Virus record (IMG/VR): IMGVR_UViG_3300002515_000003 | Location: 131,572-195,571 of that record | Source of the DNA: a virus | Lineage: Duplodnaviria > Caudoviricetes | Length of the DNA: 64,000 bases | Reading direction: 5' to 3' (one strand) | Shown here: positions 21,643 through 35,516 of the stretch, piece after piece | How positions within the stretch are numbered: the stretch's first letter is position 1 | How the letters are laid out: the number at the start of each line of letters is the position of its first letter | Notes under the pieces: generated by a model | Databases searched by the model: none | What the model was told of the DNA's origin: nothing | The model's input: only the letters and a program-made list of their open reading frames with translations | Position numbers and translations under genes: made by a program

Positions 21643-24600
21643 TTATAATCCAAATATATCTTTACTTATTTTTCTTCCTTCTTTCATTCCATCTCTATAA
21701 GCTTTATCCACACATTCATTATGATTTTCAATAATATAATTAATAAATTCTTTATCAAGATTATCCACTATTCCAATTACTTTCAATAATTCATTATCAT
21801 ATAAAACCCTGTGCATATCATTATTAATATTTATTATTTTCTGACTCCAACCCATATTAATCTTCCTCTTCAATATCAAAATAATATCTTTCAAAAGGTA
21901 AAACTTCATATATTTTATGTTCAGATAATTGTCTACTTAAATCTTGAAAATCAATTTCAGATACACATATATTTTCATCCTCAACATACTTTTGATTTAT
22001 ATTTGCCATTATATTAACTAATTCCTTATGTGAGTAATTCTCAATTGTAGAAAATATATGTGTAGTATAATACTTGTAATAAGCATCGTCTTGTAAATGT
22101 GTTTCTACTTTAACTTCAATTAATTGTATTCCATTCATACTAATCCTCCCTCACAAACCATCTACCCTTAGTAGTAATCTCTTGTAAATCTTTATCACAT
22201 ATACAACCTAATATAGCAAACAGTGTCGAAATACTGATATATTTACCTTGTTGTAGAGCTTTTAGTCCCTCTGTTATAAATCCATTAAAAGGAACAAAAT
22301 AATCATCTAAATATTCATGTTCAACTTTTATTTCTTTTCCACTTGTAATAGCTGTTATAAAAGCAACTGATTTATCTTCAAGTTTGATAAACTTCTTTAG
22401 TAAGAAACTCGGTGTATTGTCTTTAACTTCTTCCCATATATTATTATGTATAAATTTTAATTTACCACATATTAATGCATATTCTAGCTTCTGAGTTTTA
22501 ACATCTATAAAATGGCATTTTGTGTCTTTCATTTCTTGAGTTGCCTCTACTAAATTATATTCTTTTGGTTTTTCTATATCATCAAACCATTCGTAGACAT
22601 TAATTTTATACTTTTCAGTTTCTATTAATTTAACGCTATGACTTATACCACCAGAATTTAATACATTTAATGAAATTCCATTCACTGTGCATACGCCAGA
22701 ATAATTTTCTTTATCAGTTTGAGTCCAACAATCACCTACACAATCCACATAAACTTTTTTACCTTCTATATCCTTTAAATTATTTATAGTTAATAAGTTA
22801 CCTCTCATAATAATTATCTCCCCTTTAAATTTTTTATATTAATTATTCTTCTGTCCTATCATAGTGTTGCCATTTCATTAATTGATTTGTAAATATTAAT
22901 ACTTTATCTCTTAATATATCTATGAGTTCTTCTTCAGTTTCTACACTTTCATCGTTTTCAGTATTATAAATACTTGTTCCTGCAAATGAAATATTATCAA
23001 CATAACATCCATAATTATAATCAAAATAGAATAAAGCATTTGATGTTTCTTCACATATTTCATTATTCAATATATCAACGACATTTATATAATTTTGCGA
23101 TTTCATAATTAATCTCTTTTAATATTTGTTAATAGTTTTCTCTTTTCTATTTATATCGTCAATTAAATATTGCAATTCTTGTATAACTGCATCATATTTT
23201 TCAGGGTCTCCATCGTCATACCATCCTCTCTCCATTATTTGATTTTTCTTGTTCTGTTCGATTCTTAAATATAAATATTTTTTCAATTCTTCAATGTTTA
23301 TAGATTTATTAATCTTCAATTTGCTATCACTCCTTTTTATATTTTTATACTTTCGAATAAAACACAAACTTTATTGACTTATTATGTTAACAATAAAACG
23401 TTATTTTTCTCTATTAGAATAACAATTTCTATCTTTTAATAGACAATATTTATTTTTATAAAGAAAACTACATTTGGTTGGTAATTGATTGCATTTTGTG
23501 AATTTACACTTTATAGCAGTACAGAAATTGACAATCGGATTTCTTATAAATATATACCATAAATTACTAACTGATGGACATTCTTTTTCACAATGACTAT
23601 AACAATATTCAAAATCATTGTGATGTTTGCAAAATACAAAATTGAATTTTTGATTCATAATTTGACAATCCTCCTTAAATTTATTGTGCTACCATATTTT
23701 TGCAGTAACCTATTAACTACTTTCTAAATTTGATTGCCATTTTCTTTTTTCTGAAAAACTCTCACAATGTCCATTTCTTATTTCTATTTCTGTCACAACA
23801 CAACCACTCTCACCATTGTTATAATCGCAACCACATGAATTACAAATTATGGCATGGTCTGTCTTTTCTAATATTTCATTTTTAGATTTTACAAACTCTA
23901 ATGCTAGTTTATAGGTGTCTAGCTCATCTAGCAGATATTTAAACTCAAGTTCTTTTAAACATTGATTGTATGCTTCTATTTGCCCTGTTCTTGCATTTGA
24001 AGTAGCAGTTATTCCACTATCTATTATTGTTAAAGTAACTATAAAAAAACGATTGTTATATTCATCATATTTGCTTTTAGTTTCAATTTTAATGGTTTCT
24101 GGTTTTATTAAGTCGCTTTTATTTTTCTCCATATCATTCTCCTTTTATATTTATATTATTATATTTGTCTCATTTCGATTACACTTGCCATTGGAATTAT
24201 TTCTAATGATCCATTATCTTTTCTCAAGAAAAATCTACCTGTGAATGGATTATCATAATTTATTAATGTTCCTACAACAGTTTCTATGTATTTACCATTT
24301 GCAGTAGATTCTTTATAACTTCCACCTTTGAAATAATTAATTGTATATTTCTTTTCACAACCTAATAAGAAATCTTCTTCTATTTCTTCATTTAACATCT
24401 TATTTATATTATCTCTTACATTCATTAGTTCATCTTTATTAAATTTCATTTGTGATTGTTTATATTCTCCTATATCTCTACCTCTGCCATCTTGCCTTAA
24501 AGAAATTATAAAACTCCTATCACCAACTCCTCTAAGACTATTTATTTTATATTCTGCTAAAAACAAAGTTACTTTTCCAATATTAAATTTGCCATTATGA

Positions 24601-26454
24601 ATATTGTATTGTGTTAATCCTTTATATTCCTTGCTAAAATTAACTCTTGGTTTGCCATTATCACCTATTTTATAATTCGTTTCCACATGTATCGTTCTCC
24701 TTTATATTTATATTATTATATTTTATCTTCAATAGACAACACGTTGCCTTTTAATGGACATTTACCATTATAACTTTCAACAATTTCATTCACAAAAATA
24801 GGTTCTTCTTTAATAGTGCAAAAGGATGATTTTCTGGTTATATTAATTACTCCACTTAATTTATCTGTACTTTGAATATCTTCGTAAAACATATTTTCTC
24901 TCCTGAATGGACATGATGAACAGCTTTCTACTTTATATTGTAATTTAATTTTATATTCATACATTTATGCAACCTCCTTTATTTATATTATTTTATTATT
25001 AAACACACCATCCACAGATAATTTCTCCACATGCAGGACAAGTACAAGCGTAACATGCATCTGAATATTCTTTAAATTGTATATTATTATCTGGAATATT
25101 TTCTTTTACTTTATGCCATGTTTCGCAAGCAATATCACAATTCCAATCTGCATTAGGATAATCTTTATTTATTTTCCCTACTTCTTTATCACAGTATTTA
25201 CACATATATTATTCCTCCTCTAATTGTTTAACTAATTCAATTAATTCATTTTCTACATATTCAGTTGTTCTGATTTCTCCACCTGTGTAAAATCTTCTTT
25301 CCATATCAACCATTGTGTTATAAGTTTTTTCATCACTTAATTCTCTTATAAGTTCTAAATCTTTTCCATCATTGTAATGACCACAATCAAATCCAATCCA
25401 ACTTCTTTCATCTTGTACTGGATATCCCGTATCATCACCTGCATATGTAAGTCCACCATGTACTTCTACATCTATCTCGTCATAACCTTTATCTTCGTCT
25501 TTATGTCCTTTTGGTAATCCTACATATCCACATCTATGTCCCATTGATAACCCTAAGATTACACATCTGTAATCACCTATTATAAAATCCTTTTCTACTT
25601 TAAAATCACTCATTAATAATTCCTCCTAAACTTTATTTTTTTATTTATTTGTTAATTCCATTATAATCCACAGTTTAATTATTGTCAACATATATTTTAT
25701 ATTATTATGATATTAATCTAAATATCTATAAATTCAGTATTTCAATTAGTTATGACAAACTATTTTTGAAATGCATAGTTAATCTATCTCTTTAAAACTA
25801 ATAACTGAACTTCCGTATACACAATTAGTTTTAATGTCTTGAAACAACTTATTTACTCGTCTGCATACAATTTTAACCTCATTTCCACCGACAATAACTT
25901 CATATAACTTTTCATTTTTATACACTTTAATCCCACCTTATTTATTTCACAATATTTTTGAAAATTCAGTTATAGTTTCTTTGAAATGTGAATCAATCTT
26001 TATAAACAACTTGATTAAAAGATAACTTTCCATGTCTATATACTTCATATTCGTACAAATCACTATCTAATTTTATGTTTTTAACTTGTATTAAATTTAA
26101 TATCAAAAGTATCTTTCCTTTTAATTTAAAAGTTCCCCATATTTCTTTAGGAATCTTACTTTTATAGAACATATAAAACCCTCCTTAAATGGTATGTCGG
26201 CATCGATTTAAAACCTTAAACATCTATATCCATCCATTAATTTTTAATTTGTTTTTATGAACTCTATATTTACCTTTGTTACTAACTATTATATCTACTG
26301 CACATAATCCACCTTTACTAATAAATTCTTTACCCATCCAATCTAAGAAAGTTAATAACTCTCGTTCTTCTTTTGGAAACTCTTTGACAGATATAGTTAA
26401 TATTTCATCTTTAAATCCTAATATTTTTGCTTCTGATTTAATCATTTTTAACAT
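21643..26454 (-). CDS. array of about 14 small hypothetical phage genes
   Basis: Tightly packed minus-strand ORFs with GGAG RBSs; several Cys-rich. 25209-25613 carries GHRCGYV...VHGGLTY...WIGFDCGH, a recurrent phage family. Confidence 0.6.
25660..25708 (-). promoter_or_regulatory. sigma-A promoter with ATAATAATATAAAA motif
   Basis: TTGACA 25688-25683, 17 bp spacer, TATAAT 25665-25660; motif at 25695-25708. Confidence 0.75.
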
Positions 26455-26484
26455 CTCCTTGTAAACTTATTTTTCTATTTTATA

Positions 26485-27369
26485 TTATTGTATTAACGCT
26501 ACATTTAATAATTTTTCTATGTATATATTTAATTTTTTCTTCTTATCTTCAGTACCTAAACAACTCAAGGGGTTTCCTTTAATATCTTTACTCCATAGTT
26601 CAAAATGAAAGTTTCCTCCTGTACTATTTTTTATTCTTTTAATTAAATATGGTAATATTATTTTAAATTCTTCATATTGTTTATAGTCTTCATTAATCCA
26701 CTTATGTATTTTATCTAATTTTTCTTGTATAAAAAATATTTGTTTTGAATACCATACTTCCATATTATCTTTATGCTTAGAAGTATTGCATATTCTACAA
26801 CTTGGAACGCAATTACTTAAATTTCCTTCCCCTTCACAATTTACATGCTCCTTGTGTAACTGTTGATTATATTTTATCTTATGGTCTTTCTCGTCTATTC
26901 CACAATATGCACAACTGTTACCAAAATATTGTTTGCAATCAATCCATTCTTGTTTGCTTATGTCATGCTTTTTATTAGAATATTCTTCATTGCTTAGTTT
27001 TAATTTTTCAGGATTATTCTTTTGCCAATTACTTAGTCTTTGTTTATATATTTCTTTATTTCTAATGTGCTCAAGCATATGCCAGTTCTTTAAATATTCT
27101 TTATGCTCACTTCTATACACCTTACTATTTTCATTGTTTTTTCCAGGATTAGCTTTATTCCATTTCTGGAATTTATCAATACTACATTGTTTACAATATG
27201 GATGTAGTCCATCGGAATGATTAGATTTATTCTTATAAAAATATTCTTCTGTACATGGAAACCACTCTTCACATATATTGCATTGTTTTAATAATATACC
27301 ATTATCGTCTATTTTATGCTTTAGATTATAAAGGTATATTTGCCTTTCTTCTTTTTTTAATATTTTCAC
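26485..27369 (-). CDS. HNH endonuclease
   Basis: CAYCG...LHKEHV...NCVPSCRICNTSKH; N-terminal CxxC Zn site. Confidence 0.85.
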   Translation of the reverse strand: MKILKKEERQIYLYNLKHKIDDNGILLKQCNICEEWFPCTEEYFYKNKSNHSDGLHPYCKQCSIDKFQKWNKANPGKNNENSKVYRSEHKEYLKNWHMLEHIRNKEIYKQRLSNWQKNNPEKLKLSNEEYSNKKHDISKQEWIDCKQYFGNSCAYCGIDEKDHKIKYNQQLHKEHVNCEGEGNLSNCVPSCRICNTSKHKDNMEVWYSKQIFFIQEKLDKIHKWINEDYKQYEEFKIILPYLIKRIKNSTGGNFHFELWSKDIKGNPLSCLGTEDKKKKLNIYIEKLLNVALIQ

Positions 27370-27456
27370 CTCTACTATTATATATTATTTTAGTTGTATA
27401 TTTCTGATTCAAATGAACTTTTTATTGTGTCAAAATATTTTTGAAATGTTCGATTA

Positions 27457-29226
27457 CTACCCTTTTACTTCCTCAACACTTTCTACTTCAACTCTACAAC
27501 GACTTCTTAATCTTGCATATATATCATTGCATTCAGATTGTGCGATTTCTTTTGCTTCTTCAATATCTCTTGCACTATATACTCCACCAACATCAGAAAC
27601 ATTTATTGTTATTTTATAATCTTTCATCTTTAATAATTCCACCTTTCTTATTTCACACTTTCTCAAAGTTCAACAATCACTTTAAAACGAACCTTTTAAC
27701 TAGTCATAATAATTCTAATTTTTGTAGTGATTCTTGCAGTCCATTTCTACAAGAGTCAATTAAAAAGTCTATAGTAGATTCTCCTAAAATAGTAGACTTT
27801 TCTTTGTTTTTTTTTAGCCTCTAATTCATTCAACTCTTCTTTATAGTATTTAATCATGTTTACAACATTAATTACTTTATTTGCCTTAGCCATATCCATA
27901 CTAATATCCCCCCTCCCAACTTTCGCAATAAAACAATTCTTTTAACAACCTATAATTTTATTCTTACATTTTTTAATATTAGATTATTATTAGAATTATA
28001 ATTGGTTATACTTGCACATATATTTATCCATGTGCCTTCTTTCACTAAATTTATTTTACTTTTTAAAGACTTCGTATACCATAAATATCTTTGTCCTTTT
28101 GCATCATCAAATCTAATAATATTTTCCCCAGTACGTTCTTGTATCTGAAAAATTTTCTTAACATACAAATCTATTCTCATAGTATCATCCTTCATAATAA
28201 TTTTCATTTCAGATGAACTATTTTTAGCAAGTATACTTGCCCTTCTTCCCCCTATTATCTCACATTTTTCACTACAATATTTATCATCATTCGAAATTAC
28301 ATTAAATATTGTCCCACATATAATACATTTTCTTTCCTTTGACATAATACCAACTTGTTGCTTTAAATACCAATCCTTTTGACATGCTCTCATTTTTTCA
28401 CGTTTTTCATCCGAAGAAACTTTGTAAGAATATATTTCTCTAAATTTCTTATTTATATCTTCTCTATGTGAGATATTTCGTTTTCTATATTCATTCTTTT
28501 GTAATTTTGCACATTGTTTACAAATCGCTCTTCTCTTAGTTCCATCTTTTTTAACTTTACCGAACATAACAATACCTAATTCCTTTTTACAATGACTACA
28601 AATCTTTTTAGCCATGATTTATCCCTCACTTTAAAACCATTCATTTATTACTATTTTAATGTCTTTGAATTTGCAACAACTAAAGTTTTAAATTTTTGTT
28701 TCATTACTTCTTTTGAAATCATTAAATTACATAATATTTCAGACGATATTTTATCTTCTTGTATCTCCATTAAAACTATCACACCATTTCTATTTGCTCC
28801 ATAACAACCTTTTGCAAAATTCTCTCCAACAATATAATAATCTTCTTGTAAGCATTTATCTATTGCCTCATCAAAATCTAAATTATATTCGCTTTGTGAT
28901 AGTTTACTTTCTTGTTTTACAATATTAAAAAGTATTTCCTCAATCTCACATAATGTTAATTTTTTGTTTGTAACTAAAAAATCATATTGTTCGAATACTT
29001 TAAAATTTTTAGTCGCAAACAACAGAGTTTTCATTTCATGAAATATATTATTTATTTTTTCTACATATAATTTTTGATTTTTTATATCTATAGTATTAGT
29101 GTTATAATCACTTAAAGAATACCAATTAGCAATTTCTTTTAGTTTTTTATGCGATTTATCTAAGTCATTAAACAATGTGACTTCTTTGTTTTCAATATAT
29201 TTGGCTTTTTCCATAATTATATTCAC
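27457..29226 (-). CDS. hypothetical proteins (27457-27666, 27950-28615 Zn-binding, 28651-29226)
   Basis: ORFs with RBSs; CxxC pairs in 27950-28615. Confidence 0.55.
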
Positions 29227-29265
29227 TCCTTATTTAAAATTCACGATAGATTAGTTGTTTTTAAA

Positions 29266-29619
29266 TCAAATATGGCTTATTATCCATTTTTTGATTCCGT
29301 CTTTAGATAAATCTCCCCTAGCTACATTTAATCCAAAATTAATTAATTCTTCCTGTGAGAATTTTAAATCAATTTTATTTAACTCACATATTACGCCCAT
29401 AACTATAGTTCCAACCCTTTTATTCCCATCTTTAAAGCCATGATTATTGATTAGTGAATATGTTAAAGCCGATATTTTATCTAGTGTGGTTTTATTTAAA
29501 TCTTCTCCACTAAATGTGAGAAACGGTGTCTCTAATGCACTTTCTAATAAAGATATGTTGTTAATTCCCTGTTTTCCTCCATGTTTCAAAATTGTTTGTT
29601 CATGAATATACATTAAAGT
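29266..29619 (-). pseudogene. doc: Doc/Fic toxin, 5' end separated by IS insertion
   Basis: NHGFKDGNKR Fic motif; the reading frame abuts the IS right end at 29620 and the first codons are missing. Confidence 0.85.
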
Positions 29620-29757
29620 GTGAACCTCACATGACTGAAGTCACGTGCTTCTAAGATTACTCTTAGATTTTCCCACGTCATTGTCCTCGTAACCTACTAA
29701 CTCAATGGGCGTATATTCGGATAGTACCTACCCTACTTTATATTTATTATTTATATA
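29620..29757 (-). ncRNA. putative TnpB omega/reRNA scaffold
   Basis: GC-richer, hairpin-containing segment between the tnpB stop and the IS right end, the established location of this RNA. Confidence 0.6.
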
Positions 29758-30906
29758 TTAACAAGCCATTTCTAATCCTAATTCTTTTAATCCTTGTTTT
29801 AATATATTCTTACTTGCATTTTCATCTCTATTATGGTTAGTCCCACATTCTTCACAAATCCATTCTCTTACAGATAGTAATTTTACTTTTTTATTTACTG
29901 CTCCACACTCTGAACATATTTGACTGCTTGCAAACCAAGGACTGACTTTATGATAAGTTCTTCCTTTCCATAAAGCTTTATATTCTAGTTGTCTTGTAAA
30001 TTCTGACCATGATACATCTTGAATACTCTTTGCCAAATTATGATTTTTTATCATATTGGAAACTTGAAGGTCTTCTGAAATTATTACTTGATTATCGTTA
30101 GTAATTTCATTTGACAATTTATTTGAGAAATCTTTTCTAATATTAGTTATTTTTTCATGAACTCTAGCTATTTTAACAGTCTGTTTCTTATAATTATTGC
30201 TATGAAGTTCCATCTTACATAACTGTCTTTGTAATTTTATTAATTTTTCTTCATATTTGTATAATGCTTTAGGTCTTTGCACATGATTATTGTTTGTATC
30301 TATAAGAAATTCTTTTAAACCTAAATCGAACCCTATTACATTATTACTTATAGGTAATTGAATGTTTTCTACGTCAGCTAAAATACTAACAAAATATTTA
30401 CCACTTGGAACTTTGTTTATTGTAGCTGATTTAATTTTACCTATGAATTCCCTGTGCAATTTACATTCCACCCATTTTAATTTTGGTAATTTGATTTTAT
30501 TGTTGTCAAAATTTAATTCTATATTATTATTAGTGAAGTTAGTTTTATATGAATAATTGTGGTCATGTTTAGATTTAAACTTAGGAAAACCTAATTCGCC
30601 ACTTCCTTGTTTTGCTCTTCTAAAGAAATTTTGATAAGCAAAATCTAAATTGTAGATAGAATTAGTTAGAGCAAATTTATCTATTTCTTTAAGCCATAAA
30701 TATTCTTTCTTTAATTCTCTATTACAAATATTATTACAATCAATTTTAGATAAAGATTTTTTATCATTCTTATATAATTCTATTTTCTTAGCAAGTATTT
30801 GATTATATACAAACCTACAACTTCCAAAAGTCTTAGCTAATTGTGTTTCTTGTTCTTTATTTGGGTATAATCTATATTTATAAGCTTTTAACATAAATAA
30901 ATTCAC
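29758..30906 (-). CDS. tnpB: TnpB RNA-guided endonuclease
   Basis: [14 protein letters not shown] (D), ISEDL (E), CSECG/CEECG Zn finger, HNRDENA (D). Confidence 0.95.
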   Translation of the reverse strand: MNLFMLKAYKYRLYPNKEQETQLAKTFGSCRFVYNQILAKKIELYKNDKKSLSKIDCNNICNRELKKEYLWLKEIDKFALTNSIYNLDFAYQNFFRRAKQGSGELGFPKFKSKHDHNYSYKTNFTNNNIELNFDNNKIKLPKLKWVECKLHREFIGKIKSATINKVPSGKYFVSILADVENIQLPISNNVIGFDLGLKEFLIDTNNNHVQRPKALYKYEEKLIKLQRQLCKMELHSNNYKKQTVKIARVHEKITNIRKDFSNKLSNEITNDNQVIISEDLQVSNMIKNHNLAKSIQDVSWSEFTRQLEYKALWKGRTYHKVSPWFASSQICSECGAVNKKVKLLSVREWICEECGTNHNRDENASKNILKQGLKELGLEMAC

Positions 30907-30914
30907 TTCCTTTC

Positions 30915-31277
30915 CTATTTTTCTTTCTGACCTGCAATATAATTTCTTATTTGTTCTTCTGTATTTTCACTTACTGTTGCTATAAAATACGAGGGATTCC
31001 ACATATGACCTCCCCATAATTTTCTCTTTAATAAAGGATATTCTTTCATTAATAACCTAGCACTAACACCTTTTAAAGCTTTTATCATATCTGGAATATA
31101 ATGTTGAGGAGTGCATTCTATTAATAAATGTATATGGTCTAAATCTCCATTCATTAATAAAATAGTAAAATTATTATCTGTAGCTATTTTATGCAATAAT
31201 TCTTTTAAATGTGCTTCTATTGTTTTTGTTAATATTTTATGTCTATATTTTACACACCAAACTATATGGTATTGAAT
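30915..31277 (-). CDS. tnpA: IS200 TnpA Y1 transposase, N-terminally truncated
   Basis: [16 protein letters not shown] (HUH), LKGVSAR, WNPSYF, YIAGQ. Confidence 0.88.
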   Translation of the reverse strand: MQYHIVWCVKYRHKILTKTIEAHLKELLHKIATDNNFTILLMNGDLDHIHLLIECTPQHYIPDMIKALKGVSARLLMKEYPLLKRKLWGGHMWNPSYFIATVSENTEEQIRNYIAGQKEK

Positions 31278-31463
31278 TCATTTTGACAACTCCTTTAAAG
31301 CAACGTCATTGTCTTTAATAAATTTATCAACTAAAACTTTTTGGTTCTTATTGTCTTTTGTTCTTATATATTCTGCAAAATTTATAACCTCTGCCAACAT
31401 TTCATCTGACATTTCTTTAGATATTTCCATTAATTTTTGTGCTAATGTCATGTTTAAAATCAC
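31278..31463 (-). CDS. putative antitoxin partner of doc
   Basis: EVINFAEYI...NDVALKELSK; ends in ATGA, which looks like the original doc start overlap. Confidence 0.65.
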   Translation of the reverse strand: MILNMTLAQKLMEISKEMSDEMLAEVINFAEYIRTKDNKNQKVLVDKFIKDNDVALKELSK

Positions 31464-31493
31464 ACTCCTTATTTCACTTTAAATAAATATTTT

Positions 31494-33196
31494 TTAATAC
31501 TTGTCTAATATATCTTCAACTCTACATTCTACATTAAATTTAATCTCAGCTTCTTCACTTGTGAAAGCTTCACGCCTAACATTCCACAAATCTTTGAGTG
31601 CTTGTAATAATTCTGATTTCTCTTTAGATATATCATTAGTAAATCCTTTTGGTATTAAAACTAATTCATCACCATTATCTAATTTCATTATTTATCATCC
31701 TTAGTAATTTATTTGCTTAAATTATATCATAAATCTTACTATTATTATATTAGCACATAATCAAATTTATTACAAGTATTTTATATTATTATATTTACTT
31801 TATTTTTCTAAAATTTTTCTACCACATATTTTATGAGCAAATTTTAATTCTTCTAGTCTTGTTTCTAAATCTTCAATTTCACTTTTTAAAAATCTTTTAT
31901 ATTCCTTTTGATTATATTCATTAGGGAATATATCATATGTGGTTCTGAATCTCTTTAAGAAGCTTAGTAAAAATTCATCCTTAGTCACATAATCTTCTGT
32001 TATTAAGTCAATAGTTATTCCTTTATATGTATTTGTTATAGTTCCTGTGCATTCAATGTTTTGTCTTATTAAATCACTATATTTTGTAGTTATCTCTTTC
32101 ATAATTATTTCACCCTCTCAACAAATTCTTTTATTTTGAATCTTTCTTTAGCTTTGTCTATATATTTTTGTTTTCCTTCTTCTCCTATATCATACCAACA
32201 CTTACCTGTTTTAGCTTCATCAAACATAATATGTGCATATTTTCTACAATCAGATGTTATAACTGCTTTAGCCCCACTTATTAACTTGTATGCAGTTTTA
32301 CGATTATTTTCATTGTACATTGAATTATCCAAATAAACGACATAAATTATATCTTGATTTTCCTTCTCTTTCATATTATAAATTTCACAATCATCAGTAT
32401 ATTCACATTTAGCTCCTTCATCATCAACGTTATTGCAATGATACTCCTTTTGACCACTAATACAATCTTCACAAATATCACAATCTGATTCCTCACAAAA
32501 ATACAATTTAAGTCCATACTCATTTCCACATCTATTACATGACATTATTATTCACTCCTCTTATTTTTAATTTATATTATTCTACTTATTAATAAAACTG
32601 ACATTTCATTCAGAAAAACACAAATCCGTCTAGCCTATAGCCCCATTCTTGAAACTCGTTTTCGTTAAATAAGTGTAAATATTGCTATTATTTAATTATT
32701 TTGCTTTTATATTATCATCTTGTACCATTGATTAAATCATTTTGAGTTTCTAATTCCTGTTTCCACATTTCATCTATTAAATCATTTTGTTTATCTATAT
32801 CAGATTCAACTTCCTTAAATTTGATACTTATAAGAGCTTTCTTCCAACAGTAGTCACATTCTATGTTATTACATTCTTGCTTATTTGTAGGTACTTCTAA
32901 TCCATGTATATTAGGGCATAAGTGATAACTACAATATTTATCCATGAATTCCTCATATGTATTAATTTTAGCTAATTCAACTATATCTTCTCTATTCATA
33001 ATTTAACTTCCTTTCTATTTATTCTAATACTCATAACAAATAAATTTATAATTAAACTATTTGTGCCTATTTGGAATCCAAATTCTATTTGCCAACCTCC
33101 ACCAAATCTTCTAGTTCCTTTATTACTTCTCTTTTCTAAACTAATTTCATATTTTTTAGTTTCATATTCTTTTCTAAATACCCTTTCTTTTTTCAT
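31494..33196 (-). CDS. array of small hypothetical genes
   Basis: Five co-oriented ORFs with RBSs. Confidence 0.55.
32592..32654. repeat. dispersed 63-bp element, copy 1
   Basis: ATAAAACTGACATTTCAT, 12 nt, then AAATCCGTCTAGCCTATAGCCCCATTcTTGAAA; second copy at 41772-41834. Confidence 0.85.
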
Positions 33197-33197
33197 A

Positions 33198-33794
33198 TTA
33201 TTTCTCCTTCACCTCATATGAATAACTTTTACAAACATATTCTATATCATCAGATTTAAATTCAGCCAATTCATTTTCGCAATCTGCATCATTTATATAG
33301 AAAATATACATAGGATAATCATTATTTAGTACATTTTCGATTTTATCCATTTCACTAAATTCATCAACAATTATTACATTCTTAAAATATCTACCATCTT
33401 CTAATTCATTCCCTATAAGAATATTTGTACTTGATAATTGTTTGAATAATTTAAGCCATTCACCTTTTCCTGCAAATAGATCACTCACAACTATTCCATT
33501 ATCAAATCCTAAATTCATTTCAATATATTTATTGATAAGGTCATATCTATTTTCTTTCAATAAACTCTCATATCTAATTGAACTAAAATCAAGATATCTT
33601 CTTTGCTTTTCTAATTCCATATAGTCATCAAATAATTTCTTATGTTTCTCTACTCCATATTCTTCTTTAAAAGTATTATCTAAATCTCTTTTAATACTTT
33701 GTCTTGACGCTAATACTCCTAATATTCTATATGTTTCTAAGGAGTCTGTTGGATAAAATTGTAGACAAGATTCACTTGCGAGTTGACTTCCCAT
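33198..33794 (-). pseudogene. truncated or chimeric SAM-dependent DNA methyltransferase N-terminus
   Basis: QLASES...QFYPT and DLFAGKGEWL...GNELE (motif I), with no NPPY/F-type catalytic motif afterwards. Confidence 0.5.
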
Positions 33795-33901
33795 AATATC
33801 ATTTCCTTTCTTGTAATTTATTTATATTATTATAGTTTTAATGCTATCATGTGTAAAGTAAAAAATAGTGTGACACAAACCTTAATTAAACTTATAATTA
33901 G

Positions 33902-33948
33902 AGTATATCACACTTGTGTAAATATTACAACATATTTTATATTATTAT
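33902..33948 (-). promoter_or_regulatory. promoter with ATAATAATATAAAA motif
   Basis: TTGTAA, 17 bp spacer, TG-n-TATACT; motif at 33935-33948. Confidence 0.6.
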
Positions 33949-33958
33949 ATTAACTATT

Positions 33959-35312
33959 TTAACACTCCTTAATAAACCATTGACCATTTCTAATAATATC
34001 TTTTATATCATTAGAATCTAATTGCTCACTATTTAATAAATTAATCATATAAGCATGAAATTCCATATATTTATCTAATCCTTGTGCTTCTAAATCCTCT
34101 ATTAATTCATATTCCACTTTACATTTTGAATTATAATCACTATTTAACACCCCCTCAAAAGTAACTCCTTTTTCTTTTGGAATTAATTTAAACTTCATAT
34201 TTAACCATTTTTTAATAATATAACATTGTTCCCATGTATTCTCATCACTATCCAATATAAATATTGCATCAACATCTACTTTAACTATTCCTGTTTGTGA
34301 CATAAATTTAGTTTCTCTAGGGAAATCAAATATTTCTGCTAATGTATATTCTTTATTATAATCATATGTAATGGATTGTCCTCCACCTAATTTTATTTCC
34401 TCTTGTGCTGATGTAACCCTATATTTTTCAATATCATTTTTAAAATATATACCAGATACAGAATCCATCCAACATTGTTTACAATTTCCATCTAACTCAC
34501 AAATAGCCTTACTTCTTTCGTTTTCCATACTTAAACTAGAAGGGCAATCAAGATATTCATTATTCACAACAAAACAAATCTCACTATCTTCATTGTAACC
34601 ATCTCTAGATTTCAAATAGTTACTTATAAACTCCTCTCTAGTAATTCCACTTGCAAACTTTTTAAAATCCTCTATGTTATCCATTTTAATATCCAATTCC
34701 TTTTCCATATAATTTATAATCTCCTTTTATTTATATTATTTCACAACAAAATATATCATTTGTTAACTATTCTTGTCTAATTTTCTACCACACATATAAC
34801 AACATTTAATTTCTATTCTATCTCGTTCATTTCTACAATGCTCCCATACTAAATAGTATTTACCATCTTTTTTATCATGAATAATTTCTTCATCACCATA
34901 ACTACTAAAATCTTTTTCCATATCCTCTTCATTACAACATTCACATGTACTCACTTTATTACGCTCCCTTTTTTTATATTTCACAATCTATCGTATCTAT
35001 TATACTTTTTAGATAATCAATAATTACGTCATTGTCTAATCTCTTAAATTTTTCTACTTTATTCTTTAATTCCTCGGTAACTTCCATAACTTCTCTCAAA
35101 CAACTTTCTCTGCTTTCTACGTCAAATTCTAAATCTTTATTCTCACTTTCTAATTCTTCTTTAGTATATGACATATCATCTTCCTCATATTTCTCTATTG
35201 CAAGACTTTCTGTAGCTTCAACTAATTCTCTATTATTATCTTTGTCAGCTAAATTTAAACAGTCTTGAAGATTATTAACTATCTCAGTTTTATTGTTATG
35301 TATAATTACCAT
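33959..35312 (-). CDS. hypothetical proteins (33959-34708, 34763-34984, 34974-35312)
   Basis: Co-oriented ORFs. Confidence 0.55.
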
Positions 35313-35516
35313 TTCTTAATCTCTCCTTTATATTATTTTAATATTCTTTTATCCATATATCTACATCATTATCCCAATAAAACATATCATTAGTCCCTTT
35401 AGGATTTCTTATTGTAGCTTCTCCAAATTCTTCGTTCTCATCAATTTCTACTTTTATTATTTCATAACCTTTCATTTCTGGTTCTTCAAACATATAAAAT
35501 AAACTATAGAATATCA

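Larger units (their letters stand above)
29620..31277 (-). mobile_element. IS200/IS605 element (tnpA+tnpB), left end deleted
   Basis: Right-end hairpin CACGTGACTTCAGTCATGTG followed by AGGTTCAC ending at 29620; tnpA begins abruptly at [12 protein letters not shown] directly after the antitoxin stop codon. Confidence 0.88.

Noticed and set aside
29758-30906. TnpB as a nuclease-dead TldR, Cas12 or IStron component
   Set aside because: The catalytic triad is intact, tnpA is adjacent, and no CRISPR array or group I intron core was seen
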